Source: Mayamaea pseudoterrestris | Taxonomy: Eukaryota | Length of the DNA stretch: 64,000 nucleotides | Reading direction: 5' to 3' | NCBI GenBank assembly: GCA_027923505.1 | Contig: BROI01000035.1 | Location: forward strand, 62,001 to 126,000 | Shown: positions 22,690 through 34,692 of the stretch, piece after piece | How positions within the stretch are numbered: position 1 is the first letter of the stretch | Layout of the letters: each line of letters begins with the position of its first letter | Notes under the pieces: model-generated | What the model saw: the letters and a program-made list of their open reading frames with translations, nothing else | Told to the model about the DNA's origin: nothing | Database searches by the model: none | Made by a program: the position numbers and the translations under genes

Positions 22690-25600
22690 ATGTCGAATGA
22701 AGGGGAAGCAAACGCAGTCGACGACAACAGCCATCGAATGTCCAGAAAGGAAGAATCAAGAAGCATCACAAAAACTCTTGAGAAATCAAATAATGAAGAA
22801 GCTTTGTCACTGGAAGAGAAGCGGGCTCTTGAAAGTGGAGGTGCTGCAGTAGAAGTATCTCGGCCTGCTGCTGCAATTAAGCCGGCCGCTCCTTTGACTT
22901 ACGGCGACGCGAGTTCCGCCATCGTGGACCTCCAGAAACACACGCAGCCTGCGACGCTAGCAGCCGATGCGCAGCATCAAGACAGCAAGAAAATTGTATT
23001 GGAGCCTCGTTTAAGCGATTCAGGAACACCGTCAGAAGCTGTACCAGAGGCAACAACCTTCGAAGCCAATAACGTGCAACTTCATTCATCAGTGTCCCAA
23101 AGTGTGACAGCCGAAGCGCATTACAATCATCGGTTACTGGTAGAGCAAGCACCAGCACCTCACCTTGACTTGACGAGTGACGCAACTGAAGGCTCGGTAC
23201 CTTCATACTTGGCTGACAACCAAGGGGTATTCCAATCTTCGCAACAAGCCCAGCTGGTCCGTGCTCCTACACCAGAAAACTCGTCCCTCCCAACTCTTTC
23301 TCATCGTTTGAGCCAACTCGATCAGCAGAAATCGATTCCGCCGCAGGTACAAATGACGCGGCAAACGACGTCCTCCAATGGATCAACGTCATACGCGAAC
23401 ATTTCGACACCTGTCAATCCTCAACATTTATACCATCAACAACAAGCGCCGCTGCCTCCACCTCCTCCACCGCCACCTCACCCGTCTCAGCAATACCATC
23501 AGGAAGGATCAGGTTATCCGCCGCTTTGCACTTCGCCGGCGCACACATCTGCTCAAATCCAATCAGGACAACAAGTCATCAAGAAAAAGGGACGGTTCAC
23601 CTTTGTGGAAGCATCGCCTAATTTAGTTGACTCCGGTAAAAAGTTCCATACAAGCACTATTGTTTCAGAAAGTGGCACTTCATTAAACACAAAGGAAGTT
23701 CGAAAAGGTCGATTTGTTCTGACCAAGCAATTGTCGGGCGAAGCGTCAACCACGACATCGCAGGGCTCGCATACACCCGCAGGAACACCGGAAAATACTC
23801 CAGGTCCGCCAACGGTGCAAAAGAAGGGCCGTTTTGTCATCACAAATGTACGCCAAGTGGTAGCTGGAAGTGTTCCGGCCGCATCCCAGCAAGTGCCATC
23901 GGATTTTGAACAACAATATGAGGCGCAGATGCAAGGCGCCGCTTCAGTGTACGAGAACTTTTCGAATGCCTCCATACAAATTGACTCGACAGCTCAACAA
24001 GGGGTAAATCTGCAGCTTGATCAGCACGCAGCACCAATGGGCCATGATGTCCTTATTCGACATCAGGCCGCCCAATATGAACAATCTCAAATACAGCTTC
24101 AGACTGGTAGTGTAGCACCAAGCCCTCCGCCGCCGCCGCCGCCGCCGCCACCACCACCTGCTGACACGGTGACGTTGGCTCAACCGTCCATGATGATACC
24201 AATTGCTCCATCACCGCTGCCATCCCAGCTTGGTCAATCTCTGGACCACGAAGAAAAGACATTGCTGGACCACGACGTTTCACCCGAACAAAAAGCACAA
24301 CAAACGCGAAAGGTCATTCCACGAAGCGCCATCCCAAGAAACAGCGCCGTGGGGTTTGCTGGGCGAGAAGGACTGGGCAAGGTTTTTTACTTCTTGGATC
24401 AAATGCGGCTTGAAGTGTCCGATGCTGAGCGACTAATAAAAACTTTACAAACGGATAACAAATGCCTGGTAAGTGTTGAATTATAGTCCATTCGAGGAAA
24501 GGTCATTTATAACTGGGTTTGACTTATCTAAACCTTTTTACCTTATAGAAAGATCGAAATAAGGAGCTTGAATCGCTGTTGCGAGAATCGGAACGCAAGC
24601 ACAAGGACGAGAAAGTCATACGCGAGAATTGCGAGGCAAAGTTAAAGGCCCTAAAGAAGAAACTTCGAGCGAAAGGAGAGTTGGAGCAGCAAAATGAGAC
24701 GCGGACTGAAGAAGTAAGCATGGTAAATGAGGGAGCTGAGAGGACTCCGATGAAGGCTACGGTTGCTAAAAATGCGCCGAAAAAGCTGTCACCTGAGAAC
24801 AAAGTAGGAGGTACTCCACCGCGAGACCCCAACTACTCGTCGTCTCCGATTCCGAACAGAGTAAATGGACCCTCGCCTACAATTTCAGTACAAAAGGTAC
24901 CGATAATGAATAACCCCAACCCGAGAAACCATGATTTGTCACCATTCGCGCCTCTTCAAGGCTCTCCGAAGACGAGTCCGGAAAAGGGCAATCTTCAACA
25001 AAGTCAAGTTCGAACGATACCGGACGGAAACTCTCAGGTATTAAGCGCGACGTATGGATCCATCTCGCCTCGGAGTTTGCAGCACGAGCACTTAAATGGA
25101 AGCTCACATGTGCACAACCGGAAGGGATGGTCTTACCAGGGTGCCCATGACGATGCAAATATTCCTGCAATGGAACCGATGATGCGACAAGTCAGCAGCA
25201 CTAATAGCGACACCGTATCGGCGGCAGCCAGATCTCTGCCGTCTGAGTTCGATCCACTACGGCAGGACGTTCCGGCTGCTCCATTAGAAACGATTGACGG
25301 CCATGGTTCAATACAGCGACCGCCCATACGAACTGAGTCAGGGTTTTTCGATCCGTCAGCATCATGCGTGAACGATCCCAGCGGCGATTACAATAGTGTG
25401 CACGATCTGCACCAACCAGCGCTCACTGAGTCTGACCAAGCTGAGCTCGATGCGAATTTATCCTTGTTCGCCGGACAGCAATTGGATTACCGGTATGCTG
25501 ACGAGTTTCACCATTACTCGTTGGACGCTCCGCCGCAGGAATCCCTGCAGCAGCACGACCGCGCCATGTCCTGGGATGCTCTTCCTCAGCGCGGACTCTT

Positions 25601-25766
25601 GAGCAACCAGAGTGGTTCACTGCATGGCCATTCAAATTCGCATGAGAGCCTGTTTGCTCCTTCGAAGTTGTCGATGAGCACCTCGCAAAGTCTGCTGCCC
25701 ACGAGTGATCCGTTTGAGAAACTCATGTCCAACATTTCTTCTGATAGCAATGACTGCGAACGTTAG
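22690..25766 (+). CDS. Disordered Pro/Gln-rich protein with three KGRF motifs and a coiled coil (intron 24469-24548)
   Basis: GTAAGT...TAG intron joins NKCL to KDRNKELE in frame. Confidence 0.75.
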
Positions 25767-25906
25767 CAACGCTCGGACCCGCTCGTCAAGACATGCACAA
25801 GGCCGTTTCCCTAGTATTTCAATGGATCTGCCCTATTAATTACGAATATTACTAGAATACATGTTGTGGATTGGTTAACTGATAAACTTCCGAATCACAT
25901 TATCAA

Positions 25907-26641
25907 CTAAGTACGTGTTCTAACAACAAACATCAAACAAGAAACTGTACTCCACAGAGCAACCCTTGTGAAGAGGCTTTGATTCGCTGCACTAGTATCA
26001 CTTCCACCCTGAATAGCTGAAATCTGCTCAGGTTCGTTCGTCGGTGACGATTCAATGGATCGAATAAAGGTAGGCGCAGCCGTCGTCGATGACATGTCGT
26101 CGTCCTGCGTTGAGACTCCATTTTCCTGCGACTCTTCCCAAGCGGTGTAGCAAAATGATTCTTCGGCGACGCTGTCAGTTGCTGCGCAAGAAGGAACTAC
26201 AGATGATGCCATCACTAATTTATATCCTGCATTTTGAAAGTCGGCAAGTGTTTGCCCATTGTACAGTTTGCCTCGAAAGTTGGCGACAACAAAGGCATCC
26301 AAAGCTTGTTCCACTTGCAGAAAAGTGTCACCGTAGACAACAATGTCGCAGTATTCGCACCCATTGAGTGATCTGCCCGACGCAAAGAGCTCGGACAGAC
26401 TTGTCGAATTGGGCAATCGACTTGTCGTGGACCAATCCACTTCGGTACGTACGTCTAGAAGGGCACCAAAGGTGCCATTCTGCATACCGTTGTAAACGTC
26501 GGCGGGTGAAAGAAGTAGGTAAGCACTCGTACTGTTCGCTGCTTCCGTCGTCTTTCTTCCAGTCGGAGTCAAGGAAGCTGCCATAGCCAATGATGCGAGG
26601 AGACTAAAGATGCGTTTTGAAATACGGAAGTGATATTTCAT
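25907..26641 (-). CDS. Secreted/membrane-anchored rhodanese-like domain protein
   Basis: Signal peptide, LLDVRTEVDW...LPNS, IVVYG (no catalytic Cys), S/T/P linker, hydrophobic C-terminus. Confidence 0.65.
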   Translation of the reverse strand: MKYHFRISKRIFSLLASLAMAASLTPTGRKTTEAANSTSAYLLLSPADVYNGMQNGTFGALLDVRTEVDWSTTSRLPNSTSLSELFASGRSLNGCEYCDIVVYGDTFLQVEQALDAFVVANFRGKLYNGQTLADFQNAGYKLVMASSVVPSCAATDSVAEESFCYTAWEESQENGVSTQDDDMSSTTAAPTFIRSIESSPTNEPEQISAIQGGSDTSAANQSLFTRVALWSTVSCLMFVVRTRT

Positions 26642-27541
26642 CTTCGACGATGCTCACTGTTATATGTACCGGTAAACTGTTGAATTTGTATCTTTTGAAA
26701 CCTCCAATCAGCTTCACTCGTTGCAACACTAGTCAATGAATTACTGAGTAGCTCTTACGTAGATAAGCGCAGACGCAATGCTGCAAGGAGCAGACCGGCG
26801 AAAGCAATGCGCGCCATGGTCGATCGCTTCCATGCGTGGCGCGCCGGCCGCGTTGGCGAAACTGTGACGTTTCCAGAAGGTCACGGTATCCAAATGTCTT
26901 ACCGGTACAAACTTGTTGTGGTTTCTCGCCCAACCAGTGTAGGGCCGCGGAGTCGACAACCGGATCAAGCTCGACGTTCTTCGTTTTTGTTCGCTACATT
27001 CCATTCGCTGTCCTTGTAAGGCACATGGTCGATAAGTCTACACAAGCAGGCAATAATGGATTGAGAATATATCCGAATTTGGAAGTGTTCTACGCTTCCG
27101 TAGGCTATAGAAAGTTTTCCCATGCCGATCAGCTAGGCGTCACGACACGCGCACGGAACAGGATTGGGCTTCTGTGGTGTCAACTGAATAATGTCAGTGG
27201 CACTGGAAGCTGGATCTGACCTCGGATGACCAATCGTCAGGTCGGGTTTTCATGGTCCTGGGGCTCATCGTGATGCGCGTGAGCGTTCGGTTGTTGTGCA
27301 CTTGCTCGATCATCGTCTCCTACTTTTTGGAAAGTAACAGCCATTCTGCATGAAGAAGCCGATCAAGGAGCTTTAAAGGAAATTGACGTTGTTGTCTCTA
27401 TTGAATATATACTACAATCAGATTTGCGAATAGCTCCATCGATTGAAGTCGAGGTGAGCGAGCAGCTAGGATTGATTCCGATCCCATCCGGTTCAACATC
27501 ACGGAAGGAGTTGTACATAGGCAGTTATATAGTCGTCCAAC

Positions 27542-30500
27542 ATGGAGAGTCCTTGGGCGCAAGCATCCGGAACCGATGCTCATTTTGGCACTTCTGAACT
27601 TGACGATTTGAAATTGCGTCGAGGAAGCCAAACGACGGCAAGACCAACTACTAGAAGCTCGCTGGGCATGCTCATTGAGCGATCAACGTCTGCGCCACCC
27701 TCTCAGTCGGGATTGGACAAGTATTCGTTTGATGCGTTTCGAGGGAATAACAACGTAAGTATTAATGAAGAGTAGAGTTGGAACGACCGCTGCAGGAAGA
27801 ATTAGTATCTCATTTTAAGCTGCATTTCCACTCATCATATAATGACCTTACTGCTGCAATCAGGATATTTTTGATCAAGGGTCCACGTCCCCGCCTGGCA
27901 TGACGACTGCATCGAACAGCGCTTACTCGAGCAGTAGTCATAGCGGTGATTTGGATATTTCAAACTTTCTCAATGGAGCAAGCTCGCAGGATGTGGATTC
28001 AACCTCGCATTTGATTGATCACTTTACAACCTTTTCTCCCTTTGCCGCGTCCAGACCCTATGGACGTAGCGCCAGCGCTGGATTGCAGCACTCTGGAGCG
28101 TCCTCATTCCATGAAGATGAGCAATTCTGTTCCTCGGACTCAAACAAGCTTTTTAACTCAAGTCCCATTAACAGCAAGGTTGGTTTGGTTCGCTCGCAAT
28201 CAGCCGCGCCAACGCTGCACGGATCGAGCAATCTTGGACCTCCGCCCGGTTTGAGCTTGAGCACAAGTCAGTTTGACTCGTTTCTCCAGCATCATCATCA
28301 CCAAATGCAACAGCGGCCTGCATCGGCGGGAAGCGTTTTGAAAAGTAGCGCTTTGCGCGCACCGTCGGCCAAGACTCTCATGGATTTGATTCAGGAGGAG
28401 ATTCCAACCACCAATGAATCGTTTTCGCACGATCAGGACGACCAGCACTTGCAGCGCCCATTGAGCGGAGGAGGTAGGTCCAGTGCTTCGCCCGGACGAT
28501 CGGAGTCCTCTGCAGGATACTCGCCTACACCAGTCACGTCAAACCAGCATCAGCGCCATCAGATTGAACACAGCAACCCGAGTATGGCGACATATCAGAA
28601 TCAGCAAGGTCAGGTATCTAGTCGTGATGCTTATCAGCACAAGCAGATGCAGTATCCACTGCAGCAACGCCAAGATTCACCTCCGCAGCTGCAGCATCTG
28701 CAATCACCTTCATACAGCGATCATGGACGCATGCCTTCGACGCATGTTTCGCCTCAGCAGCATTTTCAGGCCCCAATGTACAGTGACTCGCGCATGGACC
28801 AAAAGCATCACGCGCAAATGCCGCAGCAGCAGTCGAATAATGTTTCGCCTTACCAGCACTTGCAATCGCCTATGTATGATAGTCAGGGGCGCTTGCTTAT
28901 GCAGCAGCAAGCTCCTCATGCGCCAATGTATCAGCAACAGCAGTGTCACCAGCTTCAGCAGCAAGTTTACGTGCCGCATCAGAATCACCTTCCATACTCG
29001 CAACAACGGCCACCGCGTACATTTGAAGGAGGTCAGGCGCAGCAAGGCATGTTTGTTTTGGGGAATGGGAATGACTATCAACAGCCCCCGCCGCAGTTGC
29101 GTGGCAACATGCATGCAAGCGACTCGAATCATGCACCGCAGTTTCAACAACAGCACGGCCAACAAGTCATCACCATGGCGTCAGGACAGACTGTATTTAT
29201 TAGTGGTACTTCACGCATTCCATCCGCGTCAAATCAGCAGTCAAACAATGGCTACGCACCGACGCGCGCGGCGTACCAACAGGAAGGGCAACAACCATCG
29301 CGGCAACTTGCACATATTGTACAGAGTGTAGTGAACAACAATGACCAGTACGTTTCGGTTGTTCCAATTTCGAATGGCGCATACTGGCCGGCAGAGCACA
29401 ACAACATGGGCGGTGTAGCCATTTTGAATGGACAACCGGTTGCGATTCAAAGTGTTGGTAGCGGCGGCGGTCATGGAAACGTTGGTCAGCAACAGCATTA
29501 TCAAAGCCGACAGTCGTCGTTGCGAGAAACAAAGCAAGGAGGAAGAGGAAGCGCAGGTCGGAGCGGACGTGGCGGTCGTCGGGCTGACGCAGGCAAGGCT
29601 CATCCAACGGGCAGCGCCATGCTTAATGAGTTTCGAGCGACCAAGAATCGGGACTGGTCCATGCATCAAATTGCTGGCTACGTCGTTGAGTTCTGTCAAG
29701 ATCAAAACGGCTCGCGATTTATTCAACAACGGTTGGAGAGTAAGGTTCTGGAGGAGCAGCAGATCGTCGTACATGAGGTGCTTCCCGCCATCAGGCGGCT
29801 CCGCGACGATGTATTCGGAAATTACGTCATCCAGAAGCTTTTGGACTTTGGAACCACCGACACCAAGGCGGCCATTCGTGACACACTGAAGGGAGAGATG
29901 GTCCAGTTATCCTTCCAGATGTATGGGTGTCGCGTCGTTCAAAAAGCATTTGAAGGTCTTGCTGATGAGGACTTACCTGGTTTATTGGGGGAGTTTCAGT
30001 ACAATGTTCTCAGCTGCATCCACGACCAAAATGGAAACCATGTCATTCAAAAGTGCATTGAAGTAATGAGCGCCCGGTTGAAGCGCCGCAAAGCAAACAG
30101 TCCCTTAACAGATGAACACCTTGACTTTATCATTCGCGATATTCTCGTTAATGCCTCTTCCTTGTCGTGTCATCCCTACGGGTGCCGGGTCCTACAACGC
30201 ATACTCGAGCATTGCGACGAAGGTCGTAAGAAGCTGATTTTGGATGAGGTGATGAAAAGTCATCGCAAGCTGCTTGACGATCAGTACGGCAATTACGTCA
30301 TTCAGCACGTTCTTCAGTTTGGACGAGAGGTTGACAGGGATTCATTGCTTGATATAATTATTGACAGTGGACTGCTTGGTCTATCCCGCCAGAAGTTTGC
30401 AAGTAACGTTGTCGAGAAATTGCTCAGATACGGCAATTCACGCCAGCGCCGCGCGATTGTTCGCGAAATGTTAAAAGTAAGTGTGTGGTTATAAGGATTA

Positions 30501-30870
30501 GTAGTCGAGCGGTTGCATGAAGCGCAATGACTCACAAAACTGTGCCTTTTCTAATGCAGAAGGGCGATGATCCCACCGTCAATTCGCACGGCTCAATTCC
30601 TGGCGACCAAGGCACTAGCGTTGTGCTTCTCATGGTACGCGACGCATACGCCAATTATGTCGTTCAAACGACTCTTGATGTCGTTCCTGAGTCGGAAGAG
30701 AAAGGACTGTTTTTGCAGGAGCTCAATTCGTACGCGGATGAGTTGGTAAGACTATCACGCTAACGTTGAGGTTCCCAAAGTCTCTTGCTCTGACTCACTC
30801 ATTCCCACGTTTTTTACAGCGTCAATACACATTTGCCAAACATATTGTCGCGAAGTTGCAGACCATGTAA
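27542..30870 (+). CDS. Pumilio/PUF RNA-binding protein, 4 exons (introns 27755-27863, 30477-30559, 30746-30819)
   Basis: Puf repeats DQNGSRFIQ, DVFGNYVIQ, QMYGCRVVQ, DQNGNHVIQ, HPYGCRVLQ, DQYGNYVIQ, QKFASNVVE, DAYANYVVQ, terminal RQYTFAKHIV; all introns phase 0 and in frame. Confidence 0.95.
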
Positions 30871-31048
30871 TTCCTTTTATCACAACGCGTCGACATTTTT
30901 TGTATTGGGTTGCGTCAGGCAACGAGCTACCGAAGGAAGGGACTGGCATAACCTTTAATAAGGTAGCATTACTACTACATAAAGTACAGTTAAAAGTGCA
31001 CGTCATAGAGAATTCTTCATCAACCGACGGGCAGATCGCACATTTTAT

Positions 31049-32033
31049 TCAGTCTATCTTGGCCTTGGGCTTTCTTTTCCTCTTTTTGCCTTTGCCATTC
31101 GTGGTAGTTGCCGAATCATTTACATTGTACTGTCCATTTTGTTGTCTATGAATATTGCTGGTATAGTTGACAAAAGTGAATGGAGTGAAAGTCGGCCCCA
31201 TCATGATTGGCAGGCGCAGCATGCCAAAAAGTTGCATCCAACCCGATACAAAACACATTCCGAGCGTATGTGTGTCAAGACCTAGTGCGACTGCCAATGG
31301 CGCAAATGTATGGCGCAGCATTGTACCAATCGGACCCTTCTCGTCGTGGACGAGAAAATGATAGACGGTGGACGTGAAAAATCCTGCAAGGCAAAAATGG
31401 TGTGTTGAGTTGTGACGTTTTTACGCAAGGAGGACAGTGACATACGGAGCCAGACTAACCATTTTGAAATCCCCATGGCATTCCATCTTTGAGATACCCA
31501 TTGAAGCCATTGAGCAAGAAACCTCCCCAGTTCCCGAGAAGCGTCGGATAAAGGATCGGCCCAAAGATGACCATTGGGTAGTAAGACGACGCCTTGCCTT
31601 GAAAGGTGGCATGACATGTATCCGAAAACTTAGCAATCGCCGTAGAACGGAACAACTGCGCAAATGTCACTGTCAAAAGTTGACAGGGAAGCGAGTTGAG
31701 CAGCTTGTAGCCAAGATCCAGTGGCGTGTAGTTGACAAGGAAGAAAGCCACAATGCAAGCTGCGAAATTCAAGTCGTTAAATAGCATGGAACTCGGAAGA
31801 CCCATCAGAAAGAATCCAAGCCATCCTCCAGTGAATCCCGCTGCCACGCTCAAACAAAAGGCATGGAACCAATGCAAATTGCCAGCCTTATTCAAGCCTT
31901 TCCGCACCGTCATGGAACCCTCCACCGCCATCCAAAAGGCTTGAAGTTCGCCGCTGTAGGCAAACTCGCCAGTCAAATAGGAAGCCACAGCATAGAACAT
32001 TAGATCCAAGTTAGACTCTGACCTCTCACTCAT
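31049..32033 (-). CDS. TRIC/TMEM38-like membrane protein (intron 31384-31459)
   Basis: Multi-TM; SVAAGFTGGWLGFFLMGLP and LLGNWGGFL internal repeat; splice gives FQNGFFTSTVYH; basic tail. Confidence 0.65.
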
Positions 32034-32762
32034 CTCTCGGTGCTCCTCGTTGTTAATACGGGACTGTGATATTCTTATCCGCAAGCGTCCAAAAGGAGGA
32101 GGCAGGGTGATTGACGGGAGACGAAGCGGCGAGCGAGGTGCAGACGAGTCAACCTAAAACTTTCCGAGTTTTCTCAACCCTCGAGTAATATCTCTTTCCG
32201 CCAAACCAAATCAAACAATTAAAGTCCGTCAAGTATAAACTATAACGGTACTGTATGTACAAGAGCAACAAGCCGAGCTGATGCGTTTGGCTTTTCAAAA
32301 AAAGTGACGACCCCTGTTAGAACCGTTGCGACACATTCGGACACTTTTCATGTCAGATCGGTCCCTTCCGCCTGTGGCAAAGTGAAAATCCCGGCGCGCA
32401 GAACACGTTTTAGGTACAAGGTCTACATAATTTTTCTACATGGACACGGATTCTCGGGACTCGATAACGGTCAACGGATTACATCGGAATTGGTACTCCT
32501 GCAAGGCACCGTGCGTACATACTCACTGGGCATGTACATGCAGGCATGTTGAAGCATTATTGCATACTACTCGTAGCTATTAATAACAAGCAGGATTGTA
32601 AGCATAAAAAATATATTAGGCAGCTCAAAGGGCATGCCATAAAAAAAGGCCTACCTTCAAATGCATGAGTATGGTTCAACTCCTCATCACCGTAGCTTGT
32701 TCTCGTATATCAAAAGTATAGTGCCATAATGTGCAATCAAGTGACCCAAGCACCAAGCCCGT

Positions 32763-33448
32763 GGATCCCTCGGTGCAGCCGAGCAACGTTTAAAACCAAG
32801 CAACGATTATGTACGGACGATAGATGACAAGTTCGCTTCTACGATTGTCTCCCAGACACTAATACACCTGCCATCTTGTGCCATCATTGTGTGCCATCTC
32901 GTGACCCGCACGCCGCGCTGCCCTCCAGCTTCCACCTGAAACAAATCGATCCCAGTGCACCACCAAGCTGCCTTCGCCGCCTACATTGTCTCATAGTATG
33001 CACACCAACATGCATACCATTAAGTCTGCTGTCATTTGATTCAAGTGACAATTCCAGTGCATCATCTAGAGCTCGAGTCTCCATTCTCATGCTAAATCAA
33101 TCCTCGTCCCATCTCGTCCCACTTTATCTGAGATATCCACGCACGCTACCCGACCCTTGTCATCAAGTGCCAACGACAAGCCCAGTGTAGCTTCTAACGC
33201 AACAATGCAGTCTCCTTCCAAGTTAGCATTGGCACGAAGCTTGCATTCACAACAGCAGCTATGCATGATTGTCATCACCAGTGACAGCAATGCTCAGGAT
33301 AGACCGCCCCTTAGACGTCAAAATTGCCATGCCATCAACGTCGCAATTCGTGCCGGCGCATTGGCAGGTTTGTCTCGAATGGCATTGGTGCTCATCTAAA
33401 AGCCATCGAAGGACTATCAAGATTCCCTCCCCCTATGACTGCACAGTG
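32763..33448 (-). pseudogene. Degraded/mosaic duplicate of the 3' end of the neighbouring FYVE gene (matches ~34459-35130)
   Basis: Near-identical blocks at both ends (GGATCCCTCGGTGC...TTCGCTTCTACGATTGT; GACAGCAATGCTCAGGATAGACCG...CTATGACTGCACAGTG), patchy middle. Confidence 0.85.
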
Positions 33449-33925
33449 CAGGATCCAAGCTTGTTACCGTCTGTGGCTCCCAGTTGGAAGAGCACTCACC
33501 CAAGCAGATTGTCATCAAGTGTAATGACCCAAGCACCAAGCCCAGCACATCACCTAGCGCAGGACCCAGTCTCCGTCCCAGTGCAGCTTCAAGCTTGTCA
33601 CCCTCTGTGGCTTCCAGTTGCTCTCCCAGCAGCCATCCCAGCAGCATGTCATCATGTGTGCCATCAAGTGACTGAAGCGCTAAGCCCAGTGACTCACCTA
33701 GAGCAGGATGCAGTCTCTTCCCGGTGCAGCTGCAAGCTTGTCACCCTCTGTAGCTCCCAGTTGGTCTCCCAGCACCCAACCCAGCAGCTTGCCATCAAGT
33801 GTGCCATCAAGTGATCCAAGTGCCTAGCCCGGTGCTTCACCTAATGCAGGACTCACTGTCAGTCTCTCCCCCAGTGCAGCACCAACTTGTCACCCTCTGT
33901 AGCTCCCAGTTTATCTCCAAGCACC
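33449..33925 (+). repeat. Degenerate ~140-bp tandem repeat encoding PSxxPS-type peptide, frameshifted and CpG-poor
   Basis: TTGT(C/T)ACC(C/G)TCTGT anchors at 33461, 33595, 33738, 33887; one frame reads DPSTKPSTSPSAGPSLRPSAASSLSPSVASS. Confidence 0.8.
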
Positions 33926-34692
33926 TGAAACTATGCAGTCTTTTGGAGCAAGCAGTCAGCATTTGTAATCAATACACTTCTACATATCAAATGAAGTACC
34001 AAGCTTGCCACACATAAGGGTACTGCATGTGCATATGGAAAGTGCCACGCAGTCGGGTCAGACCCCGGTCCCTCGGTGCAATCTGGCTTGAGTAGTGTCT
34101 GGCTTTGTCGGCTCTGCTCCACACACTACCTACCGTAGACAAGATATGATAGCACTGGTTTGTAGGCTCCATACACATGCTCGACAATATACGAGCTGAC
34201 ATTCACTGTAGGGCCCACACGAGTCACTTGGCAAGGCGACTTGACTTTGCCTACGGTAGTGGGCAAGGGAGATATTGGTAGTGGGTCGGTTTTAAGGCTA
34301 CACAATGCATATGAAAGTAGATAGTTCTCACTTATCAGTGTCACAAATCCATGTCCGCATGCTAATCCTATGTTACAGTCTATTTGTACCGTAGCTTAGT
34401 TGTATATAAAAAAGGTGTTTTTATTGTTGGTATTGTGCCACGCTGTCAGCTTCAACCCGGATCCCTCGGTGCGAGAGAGCAACGTTTAAAACCAAGCAAC
34501 GATTATGTACGGACGATAGATGACAAGTTCGCTTCTACGATTGTAGACGCTGAATACATTGCCAACTTGTAGCCGCATTTGTGACAGCAACTCTCATGCC
34601 CGCACATTGCCGCGCTGCCCTCCAGCTTCCACCTGAAACAAATGGATCAGACACCAAAGCTGCCTGCGCCGCCTAGAATGGTTTGCATCCAA

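Noticed and set aside
34647..34649. TGA at a RING Cys position as selenocysteine
   Set aside because: Out of frame with the main ORF, other ligands are lost and no SECIS was identified; decay or error is simpler
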